A stretch of 63,957 nucleotides of DNA, filler included, from Porpidia crustulata (Eukaryota): the NCBI GenBank assembly GCA_964255105.1. It is 3 parts of 3 records of this genome, joined end to end, with 100 filler letters (N's around TTAATTAATTAA, not from the genome) between each part and the next. Parts side by side here need not be neighbours in the genome. Positions count along the whole stretch, not along the records: positions 1 to 23,067 come from CAXUWE010000079.1; 2 more parts are not named here. One strand, given 5' to 3'. Below are positions 1-11,274 of this stretch, piece by piece. The translations under genes were made by a program, and so were the position numbers. The notes under the pieces were generated by a model that had not been told where the DNA came from, ran no database searches, and saw only the letters and a program-made list of their open reading frames with translations. How positions within the stretch are numbered: position 1 is the first letter of the stretch; each line of letters begins with the position of its first letter.

Positions 1-58
1 GTAAAGTGGGGTGTGCACGGGACCGGAACGTGCACGGGCCCGGGAATACTCCTAGGGG
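1..58. mobile_element. Probable end of a DNA-transposon terminal inverted repeat at the window edge
   Basis: Two near-identical direct repeats GTGCACGGG(A/C)CCGG at 13-26 and 30-43 after a GTGGGG block. Same layout as the TIR-like end at 23168. No partner TIR seen. Confidence 0.4.
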
Positions 59-2017
59 CCACTCACCTTGCAGTTTACTTTTCGAACATCGAGCAAGGCA
101 AGATTTGTCGCATTAGGTTGCTGCTTCAGTTTTAGCTTCGCAGTAGCCAATCGTTAATTACACGATGGGTGAAGGGGAAAGCAGTAGCATAAATTTTCTT
201 TCTCAGCATTCGTCCAAACTCTATTCGTGAAGGAGGTGAAAGGTTCTTCTTTCATCCGGTCTTTTATTGATAAATATAAAGCATGGGCAAGTCTGTTAGG
301 GTTGAACCAACTAACCTATTCTGCACAAGTCAAGTCTGTTGTGCTCCATCATGAATACTAAATCTCAATCCTCTCCTTCTTCGAATCTCGCAAAGGAGCA
401 TGTCATAACGTCGACTCTCAGTTCAATTTCTGCCATGCCTCCCTTTGCTGTTGACCCTGAGCGTCCGCATGTCATCAACCTTCCGCCTCTTCAGATTTCG
501 GGCTTGTCGGTCACCACGTCACAGCATATTCCGCTGCTCCCGATGATCTGTCTACCCATCATTTAACAAATCGAGACTTTATTAACTATTCTACGGACTC
601 TCCCGCCCAAACCATCGAGAGGTAAGGTTATTGCTATGAATGATGTGGATAAGGACACCGTTCTTTTCATGATTGAATACCTTCATCATTATATCATTAA
701 ACACTCGGGGCTCGCCGTTCGAATTTTCAATGAAATTTCCGTTCAATCACAAGACCCTGAGATCACGGATCTTTTTCGTTACGCTCAAATTATTCAGGAT
801 TGAAATATGCTTTGAAACGCTTGTATTGAGCTTCCGGTTCCTACTAGATATCTGCGGTTTCTAAAATAAACGTTTACTATCTGATTTTTTTTCCGTGAAT
901 AAAGAGTAATAATTTCGCCAGGGCACCAGATGGGGGGGGATATTCTGACTGCAACGCTTCAACAAGCCAAGGGCTGGGCGTCTCGTCAACAGCAGGCAAC
1001 AGAAATCACGGAGAACGAAGTTGATCATGATCACTACAATTTCTCTTCTCATTACTTGTCCCTCGTGGCAATCGCTTACGGCAAAAACCCTGACAGACGA
1101 CTACAAGTTTGGCTACAAAAACACTGAAACATGACCGATCTATCAGCGCCTTCTACCGCAATAGTAGCAAGAAAGGAGTCAGATAGACGAGCACCATTGT
1201 GAATTGCAAAAATGAGGTCTTGAGAAAGACTACAGACAATCGCCTCGCGGGGAGCCAGGCACATACATTCATTGGGAGGTGAGGTCTTCGGCAAATAATG
1301 TAGATCTGTTCGAGTTCAGGTCTTTTGAGGCCTTATCTTTCGAAAAGCTGGTTTTATACTGAAGGGTTTTCTGCGTCTCAGCGCTTCGTACAAGAAACGT
1401 AAGATGACAAATTTCATTTTTGCAAGACGCTCACATAAAGATGTAATACAACGGCGAAATGTCTTGCGACAAGCAAAGTTATCTCAAGGTCATCTAATTA
1501 CTCGATACAGATTGTGTTCACAAGTCATCAGAGCGTCGGATTTCGTTGTCTCGTTGTGTCATGCACATGAGATTCAGCAGATCAGCTTCATTGGAAACGA
1601 ATATTTCAGATTTGCAGTTGCTAGATATGTAAAATGTCTGTTATCTCGACGGCGTCGCAAGGCGAAGGTGTATGAGCTCTGGCATACAATGAGCTGGCTT
1701 TGGATGAGGTTGCGCGTCGGTGACGTTGATTTCAAACATAGAAGTAGTTAGCTAGGATTTGGACAGTAGGTTCGACTCGGAATATTTTGATGAATGGTAT
1801 CCGATAGTCAATCTTTCTTTTCTTCACAGATCGCAGCGATTGCATCGATTTTGCAACATCTTCATTATCAATAACAGCAAGCTTCAACTTCTGTTCCCGT
1901 AGTCTTCTGCTGCAATATATGGCCAAATGTAACACGTGAGACATTGGGAGAATTGGCCACCGAACCCTAGGAGAGTCAAATCCAGTATGCTTTTAACCTA
2001 CATATTCGCAGAGCTCT

Positions 2018-3656
2018 TCATAAGACAAGCTTCTCAATTTCCTTCTTTTCCACGCTTTTGATATATTCCTCGCCTCTTGGTAGCTCTGAGTCGTGAGTCC
2101 AAAAGAGTCGATCAATACGTCCAGAATCGCCTGCTTCAAACCTAATCAAATAGTACGTGGCTGGCTGCGGAACCACCCCTTCCTAGACTGTACCAAGTCA
2201 TTTCGACTTTGGAGCCAGGAGAAAGTATCATCATTCAGATGCACCATTGGAAATAACTCATCCTGACGACCCTCGAAGAGAAGGAGGAGTTCGTCTCCTC
2301 GCTGCGTAATTTCGACAAAAAAAGTCTCCGCCTTATTCACAAATATCCCTACATATTCCTCTGTTCTCCGCATTGGCAGTCCAGAATTTTGACTTCGCTC
2401 CATGTCCGCTGTAATGCGAGCGTGCCATCCCAACTCGGCCTCCGCAGTCCGCTTGACCCAAGAGACGAGATCAACTTTCTCGGGAATATCAAAGAGTGTC
2501 TGGGTCAGTAATTGAGTCATCCAATCAGTCAGGTTCCACAAGGTGTTGTTTTCGTGAGAACAACGATCGCACTTTCGGTCTCTGGAAAGAGATTCACCCC
2601 TGCGAAAGATCTCCTGGCATACTTCTATAATGTGCTATTACCAATTTCGATGCTGCGCCCTTGCCGATCACAGGCTGCTCTCCTAGAAGGCCATTGTTCG
2701 TGCTGATTTTGCACACCTGATTCGGAAGTTCGTTCGCATCCAGCCCATGTCATACGAAGATTCGTACAGGCTGTTACCAGGAAATGGCATGTGGGCTGAG
2801 AATGTATCTGTAAGGGACTGAAAAGGATTGTTGGACGTGGTTCTCTGATTGCTGTTAAATTACGTGATGCTTGCTTCAAGAATTGATCGATAAAGGACTG
2901 GTAAGTCATTCATACAGCTCTCCACACCGCCGGCAGCACCCATCAACGTTCAGCCGGACTGGGGTGTCTTTGGTATAGACACTGGAGTCCTGTCGTCAAG
3001 CACCATGTATGCCTTTGCTACATTGCTAAACTTTTCTCGATGTCCCGCTGGCATCAGTACGTTTCAAGCCCAGAGGTTGGAAGAATTTGAAGTGTAGCTT
3101 AGAGTCCCAGCTCTCTCTCCGTCGACTTCATTGCAAACTTGACCAGCGATTTCGTACCCCCAATTGTTGTAAGCGAATTTCCAACGAAGTTCCGAGGACA
3201 TCTGAAGACTATCGAGGACCTTTCTACTCTGTGATTGATCGAAGTTGATGCGGTTGTAGCTTCGCGACCGATTGTTTCACCGCTCCAAGCCCGAACGCAT
3301 AGCTAGGAAATCGAGTAAGGTCGCATTCTCCTTCAGCATATCTGACTGCGACGCATATCAAGACAGCAGTTCATGGACAGACGTCTCCCATTTCAACTTG
3401 CCTTCCTATACCAAGAATCCTAATGCCGCAGAGACAAGACCTTTGGTCATTGAGCAGATTTGAAAACATAGTTTAAATGTCAACAGGCAGCTTTCTGTTC
3501 ATTGTCTCGATACTCTAGCCAAAGCTCTCAGTGTAGATAATTTGACCTTGGAAAAGTATTCCATAAGTAAGGCCGACAGCGCCAAAGACCGACAAACATC
3601 TCTTCAATCATGGGCTTGATGCCCACGAATCGTAGTATCATTGCATCGACGTCCAT
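2018..3656 (-). pseudogene. Serine beta-lactamase/AmpC-family hydrolase pseudogene with C-terminal accessory domain
   Basis: Manual minus-strand translation gives SxxK motif ICSMTK (~3442-3459), then GLVSAALGFLV*EGKLKWETSVHELLS*, YxN motif YNNWGYEIAG, FFQPLGLKRT, MGAAGGV and a C-terminal YVGIFVN...HLNDDTFSW. Several in-frame stops and frameshifts. Confidence 0.85.
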
Positions 3657-4323
3657 GACTCCTCTGGTCCTTTGCGCAGAAAGACAGTTTTTCTCCCTAT
3701 AGAATGAGTTCACAACAGCATTCTGATCACTTTTTCTTGGTACAGTTAACTTTAGGAGACCGGCGAATGCGTGGTTGAGGGCAGTTTTGAGCATCAGCCG
3801 CAACGACTAACAGCCCAGCTAGAGATAATTGTTTGAGTGTCGGAGGATTACCTCTGGGCAACGCTGGTGAATGTTGACAGTGGGGCTCTCCCCCCGGTCC
3901 TCCCCTCCTGCACACACTTGCTCCCTGTTGCTCCCTCCAAAGCAGCCCTACCTTCTTTCTAGAAAAGAAAATCGCAACTCTCAATCCTACGTTTGGGGTG
4001 TACTTATATATCATACGTATAGTCTCGTGAGGGTTGCGGAAAGGAAGGCATCGGGAGTAGAAATGTTGTTGATATGTACATATAATCGTGAACTGAATCA
4101 TACAGTTAAGAGGCCGAATCGATATACAAATACACATTGTCGAAGCTAACCGCTCTTTTCTTCCCGCTTACTCAAACACCATCATCGTAGTTAGACCACG
4201 ACGCCGACGGATTCCTCCCCCCCAGACACCGTCGCTATGTTTGCTCTTCCCATATGTACTCCAGAAAACCCGAAAATCACTACTGGCGACGTCAAACCCA
4301 GGCAATCGAACAACGCCGCCGTG

Positions 4324-7300
4324 TCACCCCGTCTTCCCCAAACTCTGCAGGTTCACCAGTTCCGCATACTTCCCCGCGACTTTCAACAACTCCCCATGCG
4401 TCCCGCTTTCGACCACCCTCCCCTGATCAATCACATAAATCATATCCGCCTTCTGGATCGTGCTGAGCCGATGCGCCACCGCGATCGTCGTGCGCCCCTG
4501 CGCCGCCGCGTCCAGGGCCGCCTGCACCACCTTCTCCGACTCACTGTCGAGGGCCGAGGTCGCTTCGTCGAGGAGCAGGACTTTGGGATCGCGGAGTAAG
4601 GCGCGTGCGATGGCGACGCGCTGTTTCTGGCCACCTGAGAGCATGGAGCCTTTGGAGCCGACAATGGTAGAGAAGCCATCGCTGAAGATGGAGGGTTAGC
4701 TTTATATTTGGATGATATAGAGTTGGGAGAACTTACGGTAGAGAGAGGATAAAGTCGTAGATGTTGGCATCTTTGCAGGCCTGGATAATGTCTCCTTCAG
4801 GTACGTCTTCTCGGTCTGCACCTAACAAAACATTGTCCCTAATGGAGCCCTGGTATAATGTAGGCTCTTGGCTCACAAGTGCGAGGAAACCTCGGTAGTC
4901 ATTGATGTTCAGACTCGAGATTTCTTTGCCATCAATGTATACACCCCCAACGATGGGATCGTAAAACCGCTCCATCAGCGCGATGGTCGTTGATTTGCCG
5001 CAGCCACTTGCGCCGACAAGAGCTACGTACTGACCTGGCTTGACGGTGAGGTTCAAGCCTCTCAATACAGGTTGTTCTGGCCTGGTGGGGTATCGGAAAT
5101 GAACATCGCGAAACTCGATTGTGCCTTCAATATGATCAACCCGCTCACCATCTGGTGACCATGAATCGATATCTGGCTTCCTGTCAAACAACACTTTGAG
5201 CTCTTTCGCAGCTTGCTTTGCCTTGCCCATGTCCGGCGCAAAGGAGAAAATAGTTCCAGCTGATTGAGCTCCAAAGATGATGGCGGAGAAACAGAGGAAG
5301 AATTGGAACATGTTGTACTCGTGTTTTGCAATAAGTGTGCCCCCGTACCAGAAGCCCAATGCAATACATAAGAACGTTAGGGATTGGGATGAAGCATAGA
5401 GAGTCGAAGACCTAAGTATGGATCGTAGACTCTTCTTGCCTTGGTCCACAAGCGATTGGTGGTAATGTTCCCAAACATCGTTCTCTCGCGTCAACGATGC
5501 GACAGTTCGGATGGCAGCAGTCGCTTCACACGCGTAGCTAGCTGACTGCTCATATGCCTTTTTAGCTCTAGTTTGAAATCGCGCCAACATCCAGAATCGA
5601 AGGAAGCCACAAGCAAGTAGTATCGGAATTGTAGCTGTGCAGACAAGCGCCAGTTTCCAGCCGATAGAGCAGGATAAGACAATGGCGGCAACCAATGTCG
5701 TTGTCACGACTAGAAGTGTTCCAAGAGTCGTGCCGCTCATGCCAGCCAAATGGGTTGTTTCTGTAGAGAGAAATGAAGTCAAAGCACCAGCCGAGTTCTC
5801 CTCCTTGTCAAAGAAAGCAATGTCCTGACGAAGCATAGTGCGGAAAGCTTGGTCTCTCGCTCGGTGTATCAAGCGTTCAGAACAAAACGCGAATGCGACG
5901 CCTTGAATGCAAAAGGCAATGAACTGAACAATGGCTAGCATGAGATACATCGAGGACCAGAAGTTGGCGTCGTGCCTGAGCTTTCCATACAAGGGAGGAG
6001 GTAATGACAACGCTAGGATTGACTTGGCAAAGAATACTGCTTGAGTGGGGTTCCCGCCTCCAGCAATGATGGAGAAAGCCAGACCGACCAGCATGAAATG
6101 CGTTTCTTTCTTGTTAAATGCGCCAACAACTTTGATCAGGGTCCAGAGTGAATAGTGGCTTCCAGGATCTGCCGCCCTTCTCTGCAACACCACACTAGAT
6201 ATAGACTTCTCAGAAGCGGTACGGTCGAGCTTATTACGGATATTGGCGTCGTCAGGATCACTCATCACCGTGGTCTCCTTGTTGACGAGGACAGATTTGT
6301 TGAGCTGCTCCTCTGTCTCGTCAGAAACCACTTTCTCGAGTGCATTCTGCTCTTCCTTCATGGCAGAGATTCGCTGTGCTTCAACCAAATTGTAGTAGGC
6401 GGCCTTCGTCTCTAATAGCTCGTCATGGGTTCCTTGCTCAACGATCCGCCCTTGAGACATGACAACAATATTATCGGCTGTCTTGATGGTTGAAAGACGG
6501 TGAGCAATGACGATGGTAGTTCTACCTTGCGCAGCTACATCAAGCGCAGCTTGAACGATTCCCTCGGATTTTGTGTCCAACGCCGACGTAGCCTCATCCA
6601 GCAAAAGGATCTTTGGATCGCTTACCATAGCTCGGGCAATTGCAATGCGTTGCTTTTGCCCACCGGAAAGCAAGAAACCGCGCTCTCCCACGTTGGTCTC
6701 ATAGCCCTCAGGAAGGCTTGAAACAAAGTCATGAGCATTAGCCATCTTTGCAGCATGGATAATAAGCTCCTTCTGCTTCTCAGCATCGGCGAACTCATCT
6801 TTCGTGCCAATGAGCCCGTGCTGGATATTACCATAGATTGTAGTGCCGAAAAGAGTCGGCTCCTGACTGACCAACGAGATCTGCTGCCTCAACCATCGCA
6901 AGTTCAACGTCGAAATATCATGACCATCAAGATACACTCTCCCACCCACTGGATCGTAGAATCTCTCGACAAGCCCTACAATGGTCGACTTCCCCGACCC
7001 TGAAGCACCAACCAAAGCTGTAGTCTTTCCAGCGGGAACAGTGAGGCTAACGTCTTCCATCACCACCACCTCAGGCCTCGAAGGGTAGATATGTTTGATG
7101 TGTTTCAGCTCAACCGTCCCATCTACATCTTCGAGCTTCTCTCCGGCCTCGTTTGTGGGATCCAGCGGGGATACTCGATCAATGGTATTGAATATCTTCC
7201 CGGCCGCAGCCAAGCTTGTAGTGAAAGCTTGCGCATTCGGAGCAACATTGCCTAGCGAAAAGGCCCCGATCATGATAGCCAGCATGATAGTGAGGACATC

Positions 7301-8500
7301 TGAAAGACTCATGGCACCAGCAACAAGATATCGAGACCCCTGCCAGAACGAAAGGCCGTAGTTGAGGTAAATAACTCCCATCATACCACCTATCATGCAC
7401 GCTAGGGCAACCTTAAGCTTAAAGCCCCATTTCTCAGCTTCTTTCAGATGCAGATCGTACTGTCTGGCAAGTTTGTCTTGTGTACTGAATGCGGTGGCGT
7501 TTCTGATGGAACTGATTACCTCCTCTGCTACTGTTCCTCCGGCGGCGTATGATGCAAGAGATTGCTTATTAAACTTGATTATGAAAGTAGAGCCAATTCC
7601 CATTATGGCCACAATGGTCCAGACCGTTGAGGACAAGATTAATGTAAGTTTCCAGTACTTCACGAAACCGATTACGAAGGCGGTGACGAATGTCGCGACT
7701 GCTGTCAGTGTGAGAGCAATCTTCTCGGATATCCCGTCCTGCACGAGATTTGTATCTGCTGTAATCCTCGTCGTGATCTCCCCGGCACCTAGTTTGTCAA
7801 AAAAAGCAATGTTCTGACGCATGATGGCCGCTAGGTATTGCTCTCGGATTTTCTGCGTGATATGCTCCCCGGTATAGATAAAACCCACTGTACAAATGTA
7901 GATGGTAACAAACTCTCCAATGGCCAAGTATATGAAGTAGAGCGTGAGGCGTGAGATTGATGCAGTCAGTTGTGAGGCTGGTAAGGTATTGTTGAAGAAA
8001 CCTTGGAAACTGCCCGCAAGTTGGCCAAAGACGACCTGCACTTGTGTCAGCCAGTGGACTTTGATTACATTTCTTGTAAGACCACTTACTGTCATAAGAG
8101 GCATGACAGCACCCCCAATGATTGCACATATCGCACTGATACAAACAATCAACAGATCGTTCCGGGTGGCGTAGCGATAGAGGGTTCTGTATGTAACGGT
8201 GACCGGTAGGACTTCCAGCTGTTTTCTTACAACATCTCTCTCATGTGGCGGCAGGTGGGCGTATGCCTCCTCCCCATCCTTGACCTCTCCGACCTTGACT
8301 ATTCTTGAATCGAGTTTCTCAATTTTAGTGACATCTTCAGATGAAGATCCCGAGGAATGTTGATCAATCTGCTGCTTCTCCCCAATGGCTACATCAACTG
8401 CAGAGGACCTGTCACGACTTGAACTCCGCGCTGATAGCTTCTCTATATTTTGGTCCACCTCGTTTGCCACGCGGGTGAGGTCTCCGCCGGTCGAGTCCAT
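4324..8500 (-). CDS. MDR1: Full-length ABCB (MDR/P-glycoprotein-type) multidrug transporter, 3 exons
   Basis: TMD-NBD-TMD-NBD layout. Walker [10 protein letters not shown] and GASGCGKST, signature LSGGQKQR twice, Walker [12 protein letters not shown] twice. Introns 8036-8089 (54 nt, in frame) and 4682-4736; splicing gives [24 protein letters not shown]. The symbol is family-level only. Confidence 0.96.
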
Positions 8501-9689
8501 GGCCAGCGAACACTATGTAAGGCGTATTACTATACAACAACGACTAGAATATTAGATGAATTAATCAAAGACAAGAGAGATTGATGAAAAATCAAAGAGT
8601 GTATGCGCCTGGCGGACGGCGCTGTGGTGGGGTCTCGTCAATACTTATAGATCTGCCCCGCAACATGCAGCTGGAGAACTGATCAATCGATAGAGGAGGT
8701 GTAAGCTTTGAGTCAGAGAACATCCCAGTGCTGTAAGAATACGGAAGGAGGGTTTCGACGGGCACTATTGTCGCTGTTATACATAGTGGAGCCTAGAGTA
8801 CACTCCCTCTCGCTTTACATTACGATATTAGGTAGTCGGGAACATTATACATTATTATTTTACATGACCAGCATTATTTGTTTATTAGTCGGAAACATTT
8901 GCATCCGGCATCTCGTTCGCCAAACTCGAAGAGCCGAGAGTTGACATGGAAAGCGAGCGTTAAACCCCGTCCGGCTTAGGGAATAACCTTAATTGGACAC
9001 AAGACCCTTTGACAGGCGCGAACCAGCGGTCTAGGCATCAGCCAAAACGTCCACTACCACAACTACCTGGCTACGACCGTTGAGGAAAAGAGTTGACTCG
9101 GATACGGACTGCCTCAGGGATCACGCCCTTCCACGATTTCTATGACTAGATTGCTGCGCTGGGCTGCTGCATTGGCCTTGCTCATGTGCAAATCTGCAGT
9201 CATATATAATTTTGAGTCAGAATGCCATGAGTTTTCTGTGTCGAAACAGACCCTGTCTGTTCTCCTTGATACTCGAATACGCACGTAGACCCCTTTGATC
9301 ATAAGGTATTCGGCATGGCTTGATTATGTTACATTTTGTGCCGGGTTGCTGCATTATCACCATTACCCTATGATATGCACATGGAAGCAATTTGTAGCGA
9401 ACAGAGCGGTGTACATTTGATGCTGCCTAAGACAAGTCTTGATTCCTATGCAATGCGATCGTATAGGGTCTCAGCTTCAAGAAGAGTCATACCTCGTAAA
9501 CATCGGACGATTGTGTGTGAAAAACATTGACTCAGAGATTATTGCGCAGCATCACGTGATCTTGCGACCGCTGATGCTCTCAATGCGGTAAAGCTTCACT
9601 TCGCTAAGCGAGGACCGTGGCTCACACACAATGTGCCCTAACCACCATCCTCGATCCTCCACGACAACATCACCGTGAACACCGTCACG

Positions 9690-10028
9690 ATGCCTGTAAG
9701 CAATATCTTATCTTCTTCTCAACACCATCACGAAAGAAGATTTGCTGACGCTGTTCTCATTCCATCCAGTCCCACAAATCCTTCCGCACGAAGCAAAAGC
9801 TTGCAAAAGCGCAAAAGCAGAACCGTCCCATCCCTCAGTGGATCCGTCTACGAACTGGCAACACGATACGGTAAGCCCTTCATTGTCTCATTCAAACCCC
9901 TCCATCTTTGGTGACCGTGCATGAACCAAGATCATATAAGTTCAAAGTAGCCAAACTGATGGATTCTGGGGTCATTTAGATACAACGCCAAGCGAAGACA
10001 TTGGCGCAAGACTCGTATCGGTATCTGA
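9690..10028 (+). CDS. RPL39: 60S ribosomal protein L39 (eL39), 3 exons, 51 aa; absent from the ORF track
   Basis: Exons 9690-9695, 9770-9870 and 9980-10028 with GTAAG donors and AG acceptors splice to [51 protein letters not shown]. Confidence 0.98.
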
Positions 10029-10620
10029 AGGACTCGCCCGCGGAGGGGCTTATCGATATGGTTGATCAGAGATTCGCACTGGTGGAGTCGTCTATTCGGC
10101 CAGTCGGAGGGAGCGTGTGATGTGAGGTTGGATGAGCAGAAGGAGGATAGGTTTCATACTGAAGCGAATGTTTACGGATGGTCCTCAGACAAATCAACTC
10201 ATCGAATTTTAACAGCATGGTTGCAGAGTCTATGTCGTGCCTCGAAGTGAAGAATGGCTGTGCGTGGAAAGCGTTGCTGGGCATATAGGAAGGAGCCTCA
10301 TCAATTGATTCCAGTATATTCCCATATCACCAAGCGAACAAGCATGAAGGGTAAAGCTATTTATTGAGGAAAACTTGCGCGCCAACTACCTCAGTATCCA
10401 TGCAAAACATATTCCTGGATTGCCACCACCATATTCCCATACCATAGGTATGGTTTTGGAATAAAGGCCAGCCAGCAAAAAAAACGAGACTGCCATCTCA
10501 ACGCCATGCATGTCCGTGACTCATAACCACCAACTCACAACACAGATGCCGAAGACCACTGGTAATGTGTTGTATATCTAAATGGCATGTCAAGTAGGCC
10601 TTTAGACTTTGTCTATGCGT

Positions 10621-11274
10621 TCAGCGGCTAGAAGGAGAGGTCAGCATGGATTCAGTATAGAAAGAAAGGTAAAGAATCGCAATTTGCAGTCGACCAATGA
10701 ATATTGAAGAAAGTCAGACGACATACTCTTCAGCCCACTCATTTTCACGGCGGATCTGATCCTCCTCCTCCGGGGTAAAGTCGTTCTGGATGTTGAAAGT
10801 CTTTCGGATCTCCTCAGGTGATTTGCCTTTAATCATATTGGCGACAGTTTTGCAACCAACGTCAAGCAAAGCCTTGATGTCGAGGTAGTTGGCAGCCAGG
10901 ATGATCTCAAACAACATTTCTTGATCGACCTGCATAAATTTCTGATCCCATTCGTCGATGTCAGTGGTCTTCTTACGGGAGTCGGAGTCGTCGTCGGTGG
11001 CCGTCGGGGGATCCGCACGATGGTGGGTGCACCATTCAATGACCTTATTCAAGACTGCTTCGTTGACCTGTGGGGTTGCATCAGCTATTGTCCTCCAGAA
11101 TTTGCACCGATGATATGGGGTTACGTTTGGAATGGGAATAGCCTCGCCGACGTTTTGATCTCCAATATCCTCCATCATGTTCTTAATGAGGACAGATCGC
11201 TCAGCTACTTCGCGTTCAACTGAGATCTCCGCCGCATCAGAGCTCTGGAGCTTGATAATCTGGCTTCCTGACAT
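10621..11274 (-). CDS. SKP1: SCF ubiquitin ligase subunit Skp1 (SconC), 3 exons
   Basis: Motifs [65 protein letters not shown]. Introns 11068-11124 (57 nt, in frame) and 10628-10726; a 7-nt last exon gives the canonical EWAEDR* end. Confidence 0.97.
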
